Shown here one piece after another: positions 52,678 to 62,100 of a stretch of 64,000 nucleotides of DNA. Every line of letters starts with the position of its first letter. Within the stretch, counting starts at the first letter, position 1. The DNA is taken from the IMG/VR virus record IMGVR_UViG_3300036971_000130; one strand, given 5' to 3'. Origin of the DNA: a virus (lineage: Duplodnaviria; Caudoviricetes). The notes beneath the pieces were generated by a model. The model did not search any database. It saw nothing but the letters and a program-made list of their open reading frames with translations, and was not told where the DNA came from. The translations under genes were made by a program, and so were the position numbers.

Positions 52678-53784
52678 GGTGTCCTCTTTCCGTCTGCCCG
52701 ATTCGTGGCTCTCACGACCGGGGTTCCCACCAGTATGCAGGGAGGGGCTGACAATCTGAAGAACGCCGTCTTCGGACTGGTCAGATCCTCCACGTCGGAG
52801 GGTGTCCAACTTGATGATGGTTCCGTCTGCTGCAACGGGCCGAGACCACCTGGACCTCTGACCCTTCGGGCATGATGCCACAACCGGGCACCAAGGGCAA
52901 AGGGGAGATGGCTTCGCCTCGAACTCGTTGGCGTCCACGGAGTACCGGAGCCGCCGCCAGCCCTTGTTGAACCGCTCGAAGGTGCCGGACATCTCGGATT
53001 CGGAGGTGTCGACGTGGCGGACGACACCGTGGCGGGTGAACAGGAGCTTGGCTCCGACCGGGCGCTTCCCGGTGAGCTTCTCGACAGCGGCGAGGTAGAG
53101 ACGAAGCTGGTCGCCCTTCTCGTCGGGGCTGTAGACCTTCCCGACCTTCCCGGCCTTGTAGTCACCGACGATCATGTTGCCGTTGTCGTCGAGTTCGGTG
53201 CGGTCGATGAAGCCGGTGAACGGGGTCCCTGCGATCTCGACGAGGACGTTCTCCGGCTTGACCTTCTCACCCTTCTTCACAGGGATGTTGATGGGCCACT
53301 CGTTGCGGAAGACGTTGACCTTCTGCGGGTCCTCCATGTGCCACAGGCCGATGGTCCGCTTCCAGATTTCGGAGATCAGGGTGAGCCTGGTCCGCCTCTG
53401 GTGTTCTTCGTCTCCCTCGAACGGGTTGGTCACATCGAAGCCGTGGTCACGCATCTCCTGTGCTTCGACGACAGCCGATTCGATCGTCTCGTCAGCGACC
53501 TGAGTCGTGATGGTTCGAGCCATCTCACGGGTCCGCTTCTCGGCAGGCAGGTTGAACATCGCCTCCAACACCGAGTGGGCGTTGGTTCCCAGCGGTGCCG
53601 GTCCGAAGGGGTCGAACTGCCGGGGGAGCGCCTTGTCGGCTGCGGTCCTCGCCGGGCACGAGTTCATCGAGTTCGCCGTCGAAGCCGACAGACGATCACG
53701 GTTGGCCTTCCCGAGAGATTCGGGGCTGAGTGTGAGGTGACCCTCCGGGGTCCACCACATGCCAAGCTGTTCGCTCTGGCTCAT
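52126..53784 (-). CDS. RecB/Cas4-like PD-(D/E)xK exonuclease, read through into a second gene
   Basis: LSAS..SCP, GTNAHSVLE, GFIDR, GDYKAG, QLRLY, CPWCP..CP Fe-S staple. Confidence 0.85.
   Translation of the reverse strand: MSQSEQLGMWWTPEGHLTLSPESLGKANRDRLSASTANSMNSCPARTAADKALPRQFDPFGPAPLGTNAHSVLEAMFNLPAEKRTREMARTITTQVADETIESAVVEAQEMRDHGFDVTNPFEGDEEHQRRTRLTLISEIWKRTIGLWHMEDPQKVNVFRNEWPINIPVKKGEKVKPENVLVEIAGTPFTGFIDRTELDDNGNMIVGDYKAGKVGKVYSPDEKGDQLRLYLAAVEKLTGKRPVGAKLLFTRHGVVRHVDTSESEMSGTFERFNKGWRRLRYSVDANEFEAKPSPLCPWCPVVASCPKGQRSRWSRPVAADGTIIKLDTLRRGGSDQSEDGVLQIVSPSLHTGGNPGRESHESGRRKEDTMSESKPWEKWINLPNGGREINPNSYAMTASASGVSHAFQIIDASEFPVTSPAMDSIAMLALSICDTVQNKVFGATDRQHGSHVRIRGFYFAFCDQRKPPIGSTSADEWRAWYNQAVNVVTRMTRSALSLAENEEGFDLDAAIATLVDHGTKNQPKAAPRGAVAKKAAAAKKAPAYPLWKIADA
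52732..52753 (-). promoter_or_regulatory. PafBC/RecA-NDp-like promoter
   Basis: TGTCAG-cccctccctg-CATACT; shares a 16-bp exact match with 53840-53855. Confidence 0.6.
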
Positions 53785-53828
53785 CTTCGTCCTTGCTGTT
53801 CAGGTCGATCGCCTGAACTCCGTCGTCC

Positions 53829-53850
53829 TTCTTACCTGAAGGGGCTGACA
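53829..53850 (-). promoter_or_regulatory. PafBC/RecA-NDp-like promoter of the nuclease
   Basis: TGTCAG-ccccttcagg-TAAGAA. Confidence 0.55.
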
Positions 53851-53984
53851 ATCTGGCTGAGTCCGACCAGGATGTCAACCTCCCGAAGAAAATCTCGGAG
53901 AAGTTTCCATCAGCCTCCCAAACGTGGTACGAATGGAGGTTCACTGGGCCACCAGCATCGGCCCCCGATCCTTCAAGGACAAGT

Positions 53985-54518
53985 ATGAGTGACGCCTGGT
54001 CGACTCCCAGCGACGATTTCGTCGACACCGTTTCCGAGGTTGAGAGCGCCCCGGAACCCGAGGCCAAGAGCGCCGAAGGATCGAAGAAGACGACTCGCAA
54101 GAGGACTCCCGCAACGACGAAGGCCGTTGTCACGGCCGTGGCCTCGAAGACCATCGAGGTTCGCAACGCCGACAAGCAGGTCCGTGAGATCACCGCCAAG
54201 GTGCTCGGATCGAAGGCCGAAGATGTCCTCACCGTCACCGTCGACACCTTCGGCTCCGACGGGTCTGCTCTCGCTGCTGTGAGCACCCTCATCGACATGG
54301 CCGACCTCCCCGCCATGCGCTGTGGTGCTGTCGCCGCTTCGCTCTCGAAGCCGGAGCTTCGCCGGATGTGGGACATCCTCGGCGCTGTCGGGTTCGTCGA
54401 GGGCACGCCCCCGAGCGACCAGATCGAGGCTGCGATGACCGTGGCCGAGTGCGTCCAGCAGTTCGACGATGCGACGCTCACCAAGATCACCAACGTCCAG
54501 GGCATCCTGACCGTCTGA
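53985..54518 (+). CDS. Hypothetical protein
   Basis: AAGGA RBS; first gene of the plus-strand operon. Confidence 0.7.
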   Translation: MSDAWSTPSDDFVDTVSEVESAPEPEAKSAEGSKKTTRKRTPATTKAVVTAVASKTIEVRNADKQVREITAKVLGSKAEDVLTVTVDTFGSDGSALAAVSTLIDMADLPAMRCGAVAASLSKPELRRMWDILGAVGFVEGTPPSDQIEAAMTVAECVQQFDDATLTKITNVQGILTV

Positions 54519-54934
54519 TGCGACGTTGCCGAGCATGGCGGTGGACCGGCCTGACCGCCGGTCACCTCAACCACGAACCTGGAACCTGCAAGGACTGTTG
54601 GCGACCATGCCGTCAGCAGTTTCACGATGAAGGTGTCGACCTGTGCCCGGACTGCGAAGCGCAGTACGCCAACCATCCGTCGCCGGTCCTCCGGCTGAAG
54701 CTGGTGAACACCGTGCAACTCCGCAGGCAGACCTACCAGCACATGACCACCGACGGTGATCCCCAGATCGCCATGATCGCAGCGGACAAGGGTTCCAGGG
54801 TCAAGGACTTCCACATCCCACAGCCGCCGCCTCCACCCTCGTCAGACGACTGGTTCGGCGGTGGTACGGTGGTGGCCGACGACCCGACCGAAGACGTAGT
54901 AGCAGCCAACAACGACATCTGGCCGTGGGGCTAG
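54518..54934 (+). CDS. Cys-rich zinc-finger protein
   Basis: TGATG coupling; C..CKDC..C..CPDC. Confidence 0.65.
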   Translation: MRRCRAWRWTGLTAGHLNHEPGTCKDCWRPCRQQFHDEGVDLCPDCEAQYANHPSPVLRLKLVNTVQLRRQTYQHMTTDGDPQIAMIAADKGSRVKDFHIPQPPPPPSSDDWFGGGTVVADDPTEDVVAANNDIWPWG

Positions 54935-54941
54935 TAGGAAC

Positions 54942-57900
54942 ATGACGGAAGACCTTCTCTTTTCAGACGCTTGGCCGAACGACCTCTCGATCGGCCATCG
55001 GAAGTACCTGGCTGACCGAGGTGTCAGCCCGCAGGTTGCCAAGGCTCGTGGGTACACGACCGCAACCACCCAATCAGCCCTGACCACCTTCGAGTTCGGC
55101 AAGGGTTCCAACCCGGTCAAGGCGATCAGGGCGGGGAACTCGGCCATGGTCATCCCGCTGTACCACTCGGATTCGACCATCCCGTCGATCTACCAGGCCC
55201 GTCTCGACACCCCGAGGAACGAGCGAGGCAAGCCCGTCAAGTTCGAGGCTCCCGCTGGCCGTCGTCGAGGCACCGAGCCGGGTGATCTTCCCTCCGACGT
55301 GAACCCTCTCGCTCACGAGTGGGCTCTTGACTCCGAGGTTCCGCTGTTCATCACCGAGGGCATCCCGAAGGGCGATGCGGTCCTCACTGCTGCTCTCCGT
55401 GAAGGCATCGAGATCGTCCCGGTCTCGATGACCGGCGTGACGATGGGGTTCGAGACCAAGCGTGATCAGGACGATGTCGTGGTCTCCCGTGAGATCACCG
55501 ACTCCCTCTACGCTCTCACCCAGGGCCGTGAGGTCGTCTACCTCTGCTGGGACTCCGACTGGGCGACGAAGCCCGCTGTCCGTGACGCCCTCATCAAGAC
55601 CGGCAAGATCCTCTCCAAGATGGTCGACCGTGTCATCTACCTGAACATCCCGCCGCTCGAAGGTGCGAACAAGACCGGCGTCGACGACTGGCTCGTCAAG
55701 GACGGCTCCACCCTCCGGTTCCTGCTCGACGAATGCCAGATGGAGTCCCCGGACGCCAAGCCGAAGGCGGACGAAGGCGAAGCTTCCAGCGACGACGACT
55801 ACGACGCCTCGTCCTCCCAGGTCATGTCGATCGAGGGGTTCGACCTCCCGATCGTGAACATCGACCCTGACCGTCTGGTCATGTGGACGTGGGAGAACAA
55901 GAAGGAGCCCGGCCAGGTCAAGGCGACCGCAACCACGAAGATGGTGGTCCTCGGCGCTGTTCCCACGATCACGCAGATCATCTCCACCCGCCGGATCAAC
56001 GATCACCTGATGGAGACGGTCGAGGACTCCTACGTCATCACCGTCGAGTGGATCGACCAGAGGACCGGCCGTCGTCGGTCCCAGGACATCGACCTGCTGG
56101 CGTCCGAGCTTCCGATGCTCGACAAGTGGCTGACCACGGTCGGCGCTCTCGCCACCATCGTGAAGCCGACGACCACCGTGAACCAGCGGTTGGTCGCCAA
56201 CACGATCTCGGCCCACTCGGGCATGAGCGAGATCGAGACCTCGGTGACGACCTGCACGACCGGTTGGTACCTGAACCGTTCGGAGGCCCCGTACGGTTGG
56301 CGCTACGTCCACTCGGACGGCTGGGTCGGCTCCATCCTCAACGACGAAGGCCAGCGGATCACCAACGAGGGTGACTCCGTTGTCGTGCGGACCGAGTCCA
56401 ACGCCCAGTACGCATCGCTGAGGCTCGACAAGGGCCAGCCGGATGCCGCCGATTTCAACGAGTGGATCGACCGTTGGGTCATGGGCGACGAGATCAACGT
56501 CCAGTTGCGTGACGAACGTCAGAAGGAACTCATCCTCGACGGCGACAAGAAGGCAGCGGACGTGCTGTCTCGGCGTCTCTCCTTCGGAGCGATGATCGTC
56601 GCCCGCTCCATCATCCCTGGCGACCCGGCCAAGGGCACCCCGATGTTCGTCGGCGTTCCCGGCGCAGGCAAGACCCTCATGGCCCGGATCATCACCTCGT
56701 CCTTCGGCGCTGCCTACGGCACCAAGGTCTACGCATCGCTCGGCTCGACCGCTGCGGGTGTCGAGGTCCAGGTCGCTGACGCTCGGAACATGACCGTCCT
56801 GCTGGACGACTACCGTGTCGCCGGTTCGCCTGCTGCTCAGGAGAAGATGGACCAGATCGTCGACCGCATGGCTCGTGGAGCCTACGACGGCGCTCAGGTC
56901 TCCCGTTCGACCCGTGACCTGAAGGCGATGGCTGCTCCGAAGGTCGCCGGAACCGTCATCCTCACCGGTGAGGGTCTGCCGATGTCGTCGAACTCGTCGA
57001 ACTCGACGATCCAGCGTCTTCTCGTCATGGACGTGCTACCGGCCACCTCGCCGGTCTTCGACATGATGGACCGCCTCTGCATGGAGCCGGACCTTCAGCG
57101 TTCCGCCACCGCTTGGATGATCGGCCAGTTGGCGATCATGCTCGACGACGAGACCAAGGCGATGGAAGACGCTGCGACGGCTGACGGCGAGGCGAACGTC
57201 GATCGGTTCGTGACCCCGAACAAGGTCACCCGGTCCTTCGTCGAACGGCTCAACGAGATCACCGACGAGATCGACAAGGGCACGTTCAGCCGTGTCCAGA
57301 TGTCTCCGACGGAGACCCCGAACGACCGCTCCCGGATCGCCATGCGTGACATGCTCGTCGGTGGCGCTCTGATCGTGATGCTGGCCGAGAAGTCCGGCTG
57401 GATCAAGAAGCCCCGTGACCACGTCCGTCTTGTGAAGCGGATGTGTGATGTCGCTTCTGAGGTTCTCGCTCAGACCGCTCGACGTGTCGCTGAGACCTCC
57501 CCGGAGCGTCAGATCATCGGCCTCATCCTCTCGTCCATCGGTTCCTCGGCTTACCTGGCAACGCCGGGTGGCGAGTTCCCGACGAACCCGGAGGCCGCTG
57601 TCTCGTGGGGTTGGTCCAAGGACGAGGACCGCTGGATGAAGCGTGGCGACCGCATCGGTTACGTCACGGACTACAAGGGCGAGATCGTCCTGGCGCTGGA
57701 CCCGACGCTGGTCGGACGAGCGATCAGGAGCCTCTCGGACGCCTCATTCAATGTCAAGACGATCCCCGCCATGTTGGCGGCGGGAAGGGATGAGGACGGA
57801 AAGTCGTTGCTTGTCAGCGGCACTCCGGAGAACCCGTTGACGAGGATCACCGTCAACAACCATGGCCGTGAACTGATCCTGGTTCGGCCCGAAGTCCTCG

Positions 57901-57950
57901 GTGTTAAGGTCACCGAGACTGCGATGAGCAAGGAAGGACAGGACTACTGA
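54942..57950 (+). CDS. Toprim (DUF3854-like) primase fused to a P-loop helicase
   Basis: YLADRG, ITEGIPKGDA, CWDSD, GVDDWL; GVPGAGKT, VLLDDY, ILTGE, QRLL. Confidence 0.85.
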   Translation: MTEDLLFSDAWPNDLSIGHRKYLADRGVSPQVAKARGYTTATTQSALTTFEFGKGSNPVKAIRAGNSAMVIPLYHSDSTIPSIYQARLDTPRNERGKPVKFEAPAGRRRGTEPGDLPSDVNPLAHEWALDSEVPLFITEGIPKGDAVLTAALREGIEIVPVSMTGVTMGFETKRDQDDVVVSREITDSLYALTQGREVVYLCWDSDWATKPAVRDALIKTGKILSKMVDRVIYLNIPPLEGANKTGVDDWLVKDGSTLRFLLDECQMESPDAKPKADEGEASSDDDYDASSSQVMSIEGFDLPIVNIDPDRLVMWTWENKKEPGQVKATATTKMVVLGAVPTITQIISTRRINDHLMETVEDSYVITVEWIDQRTGRRRSQDIDLLASELPMLDKWLTTVGALATIVKPTTTVNQRLVANTISAHSGMSEIETSVTTCTTGWYLNRSEAPYGWRYVHSDGWVGSILNDEGQRITNEGDSVVVRTESNAQYASLRLDKGQPDAADFNEWIDRWVMGDEINVQLRDERQKELILDGDKKAADVLSRRLSFGAMIVARSIIPGDPAKGTPMFVGVPGAGKTLMARIITSSFGAAYGTKVYASLGSTAAGVEVQVADARNMTVLLDDYRVAGSPAAQEKMDQIVDRMARGAYDGAQVSRSTRDLKAMAAPKVAGTVILTGEGLPMSSNSSNSTIQRLLVMDVLPATSPVFDMMDRLCMEPDLQRSATAWMIGQLAIMLDDETKAMEDAATADGEANVDRFVTPNKVTRSFVERLNEITDEIDKGTFSRVQMSPTETPNDRSRIAMRDMLVGGALIVMLAEKSGWIKKPRDHVRLVKRMCDVASEVLAQTARRVAETSPERQIIGLILSSIGSSAYLATPGGEFPTNPEAAVSWGWSKDEDRWMKRGDRIGYVTDYKGEIVLALDPTLVGRAIRSLSDASFNVKTIPAMLAAGRDEDGKSLLVSGTPENPLTRITVNNHGRELILVRPEVLGVKVTETAMSKEGQDY

Positions 57951-59188
57951 TGGCGAAAGACAAGAAGCGGTTCCCGCCGCAGGACACGATGTTCGGGGAG
58001 GACGTGACCTACGCTCCCCGTGATACGTCTCCGAAGGTCAAGATGCACTGGGTCGCCAAGTTCGCTCGGGTCGGCATCGTCTTCGTGCTGATCACCGCCC
58101 CGCTCGTCATGTTCGCTGGCTTCATCTCGTTCGCCAAGGGGAACCCCGAGATCCCGCCTGCTCTCGCCACCTCGCCCGGCCGTGTGGCCGCTGAGGACGC
58201 TCTGCTCTCCTGGCTCGATCGTGACCCTTCGCCGCTCCCGAACGCTCAGGTGATCGCCTGGGAGGGCTACCGTGACATCTCGTCAGAGGTCATGGAGCCG
58301 AACTCGGACAACCCGTACACGGTGACCTACGAGGCCAACGACTTCGTGGTCGGTGTACCGGCCGTCACGAACGCCGAACAGTCGACCACCACCGAGAAGG
58401 CCGACACCGACGCCGAGAAGGCCATCCGTGACGCCCTCCCGACGTGGAAGGCCACGTACCGGGCGACCGTCGTCGTTGCCGTGGACAGCCGTGGTGGCGG
58501 AGTCGTCGTGACCACCCCGTCTCTCGTGCCGATCGCTGAGCCCCCGGCGAACCTCTCCCCGGTCGACATCGTGACGCCGAAGGGCTGGTCCTCCGCTGTC
58601 ACCAACGAGAACATCAAGAAGTCCATCCAGCGTTGGGCTGACGCCTACGCATCCGGCGACGCCGAGGAACTTCGTCTGGCTGTCGGTGACGGCAGCGAGA
58701 CCAACACCTACACGCCGATGACCGGGCTCACGTCGCTGACCGCCGATGTCGGCAACGCCATCTCGAACGACAACGGCAAGAGCATGGTCGTCCGGGTCGA
58801 ACTGGCACCCCTATGGGACGGCCAGAAGGCGACCGACGAGGATGCTCCTGCTACCTTCTCGATGGATGTGCTTGTAGCTCAGGCCAACACCGGTGCTCCT
58901 GTGGTGGTAGCCTGGGGTCCCGCTGGTGAGGGAACGTCCCTCGTCAAGTTCGGGAACGCTCTGCCCGGACCTCGTGCTGACATCACCACGACGGCCGAGG
59001 ACACCACCCCGGACTCCACCACCACAACTGCCGCCGACGACTCCGAAGACGAGAAGTCCTCGAAGTCCACCACCACCACGACAGCGGCCGATGACATCGA
59101 GCAGGAGTCGCCTCCCGAAGATGTCACCACCACCACGAAGGTAGCGCCGACGACCACGGCAGCACCGACAACCACCGGAGGAACCTGA
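57950..59188 (+). CDS. VirB8/TcpC-like conjugation protein
   Basis: Single N-terminal TM, two extracellular domains, Thr-rich tail; coupled to the VirB4-like gene. Confidence 0.55.
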   Translation: MAKDKKRFPPQDTMFGEDVTYAPRDTSPKVKMHWVAKFARVGIVFVLITAPLVMFAGFISFAKGNPEIPPALATSPGRVAAEDALLSWLDRDPSPLPNAQVIAWEGYRDISSEVMEPNSDNPYTVTYEANDFVVGVPAVTNAEQSTTTEKADTDAEKAIRDALPTWKATYRATVVVAVDSRGGGVVVTTPSLVPIAEPPANLSPVDIVTPKGWSSAVTNENIKKSIQRWADAYASGDAEELRLAVGDGSETNTYTPMTGLTSLTADVGNAISNDNGKSMVVRVELAPLWDGQKATDEDAPATFSMDVLVAQANTGAPVVVAWGPAGEGTSLVKFGNALPGPRADITTTAEDTTPDSTTTTAADDSEDEKSSKSTTTTTAADDIEQESPPEDVTTTTKVAPTTTAAPTTTGGT

Positions 59189-62100
59189 TGGCGAAGCCCA
59201 AGGCGATGAGGTCGCCCGACGTTGCCCCGTCCTACCCGACCGCTGTTCGCATGCGCTTCACGGGAGGACGAGTCCAGAACACCCAGGGAGCCATGTGGGC
59301 GTACTTCACCATGCCGCTCACCCCGGTGTGGGACGCTTCCAGCGATGCCGAGCGCATCAACGGTGCCACTCCGATGATGGAGGCGCTCAAATCCCTCTCG
59401 GAGATGACCAACACGTCCGTGAAGCGACGTGCAGCAGCGAAGTCGAACTACCGAGAGTTCCACGCTCTCCTGGTCGACGTTCCGGTCTTCTACCAGCCCG
59501 ATCCGGACAACGCCATCGCCCCGCACCTGAAGCGTGAGTACGGCCGCATGGAGGTCCAGAAGCGGGTCTGCGTCTTCGGTGTCAGGCTCATCGACTCGAT
59601 GACCAGCGGAGACGGCGGGATCAAGGACCAGTTGTCCTCCGCCTTCTCGACCGTGAGTTCCGTCATCATCGACGGCACCCTCCCGCTCTCCGCCTTCGAT
59701 GCCGACTACAAGAAGGTCAGCGGAGCGATGGCGAGGGCCGGTCTCTCCCAGGCAACGAACCAGGAACTCGACTTCGTCGACTCCTGGTGGGATCGCTACC
59801 ACCGATCCGATGCTCCGACGTTGGAGCACCCGGACCACATCCACGTCTTCGCCAACTCGGAGGAAGCTCGACGGGCAGCCTCCGACTTCGATTCGGACTG
59901 CACGCACCCGGAGTGGGACACCCTCGACGAGAGCCAGATCACGTTCCTGTCGGTGGCCGACATCGGCCTGGCGGACTCCGTCGATTCGATCTCAACCACA
60001 GCCATGTGGGTCTGTGGTCTCATGCAGGGTGGCAACGCTTCTGCCGTGTCCTTCCGAGGCAAGATCGAACCGTCGGTGGTCACCCGACAGGAGCTTCGCC
60101 GGAAGGCTCGTGCTGTCCGAAGCGACATCAACGATGCAGCGGCAGCGAACAAGGCCCAGCGTGCCGAGCAGGACGAGATCCTCGGGAGCCTCGAATCCTA
60201 CGAAGCTCACTTCTCGGACCGCAACTCCGAACCGGTCATCATGGACATGTCGATCGTCGTCGCAGCGTCCGGCAAGGTCAACGACCCGTCCGGGTACTCG
60301 CAGTCGGTCGGGGTCGAATGCCTGACCATGTCGTACAAGCAGATGCCCGCTCTGACCGAGTCCTGGATCGCCAGCCCACTTCGGGCGAACCCGAAGCTCC
60401 ACGACATGCCGATCCAGACGCTCTCCTACTCGGGCATCGCCAACATCTCCCGTGTGGGTGACCGCACCGGTGCTCTGCTCGGGATGACCGAGAACGACCG
60501 CCAGCCTGCCTACGTGATGCCGTCGGCAGCCTCGAAGCTCGACTCGGAACCGCTGTTCGTCGTTCCTGGAACCACCGGCTCCGGCAAGCTTCTGACGCTC
60601 GACACCCCGGTCATCACCCCGAACGGGAAGGTCCCCATCGGGGAACTGAAGCTCGGTGACGAGGTCTTCACCCGCCGGGGGACGGTCACCACCGTGAGCT
60701 ACCTGTCTCCGATCGACGAGACTCCGGATCTCCACCGGATCGAACTGAGCGACAACCAGAAGATCAAGGCGGACAAGAACCACCAGTGGGTCGTGGTCGA
60801 TCTCGAAAGCAAGACCGGCGGCGCTGCCATCCTCCGCTCGACGCACGAGGCTCGAACGGCAGCTTTGACGAAGTTGGCAGAGTCCGCTCCGACGAACGCT
60901 TTCGGCTTCGACATCTCCATGGACTGGTTCCGGGAGAACTACCCGAAGTTCGACGAACTCCCCTGGTCGACGGCCGATGAGTTCGAGCACATCCTCGACT
61001 TCATGGAGGTCGACGAGATCAGCCCGAAGTCTCTCGTGACCGCTGTCGCCGCCCGACTCGTCGACCGCTTCAGCGGAACGGTATCACTCGGGTATAACGA
61101 GCAGCGCATGACCACGAAGGAGATGGTCCTCGCCGGTCTCATCGGCCGAGACGGCAAGAGCCGTTTCGCCATCGCACCGGCATCTGCTCTCCGAGTCGAT
61201 GAGGTCGGGTTCTCCACCTCGATGCTCGAAGCTGGGCTCCTGACCCGTCAGGGCAACACCGAACTGGTCAAGGAGATCGCAGCGAAGCTCGGCTCCCCGG
61301 ATCAGCGCAAGGACTTCCTCAACGGGTGCTTCGGCTTCGTCGATCGCACCCCGCTGTCCTTCCCGGCGGAGACGGCGAACCTGCTCATCGACATCATCCG
61401 TTCGGTGGGCTGGATCGCCAAGACCCGTCAGGACGACCGTGGCATCGAAATCGAGATCGACTCCGAGGTCTTCCTGAACATCCGATCGGCCACCCCGATC
61501 GAGTCCGAGCCGGGCATGTGCATCTCGGTCGCTGACGCCGACTCCACCTACCTCTGCGCCGGGTACGTCCCGACCTCGAACACGATGGTGCTGCTCTCGC
61601 TCGCCGTCCAGTTCTCGATGGCCGGTCATGCCACGATCATCGTCGACCCGAAGCAGGACTCGGACCACAGCGCCATCGTGCTGTCGACGCCGAACGCCAA
61701 GGTCATCTCCCTCGACTCGATCATGCGTGACCCGGAATCGGACGGCATCTTCGACCCCATCCGATTCTCGAAGGAGCCGGAGTTCGGACTCGAACTCGCT
61801 CACTCGATGCTCATGTACATCAACCCGTGGGGTCGGAACCGTGAGAACGTGGACGCCGAGATCGCTGATGCGCTCTCCTACGGCGTGTACGAACGAGGTG
61901 CCGTCTGCACGGGGCAGGCACTCCAACTGGCCGTGGAAGACGGCAAGCTGTCCAAGGCAACCTGGGAGCCTGTCACCCAACTGTTCCGGCAGCCGACCTT
62001 CGCAGCCTGCTGTGGACGGAACCCGAACATCAAGGGCCTCTCGGTGGCCGAGGGGATCACGCTGATCAAGGTCGGCAACCGATCTCTGGCACTCCCGCTG

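Noticed and set aside
52700-53784. Cas4 implying a CRISPR-Cas locus
   Set aside because: No cas1/cas2 or array in the window; stand-alone RecB-like nucleases are common on mobile elements
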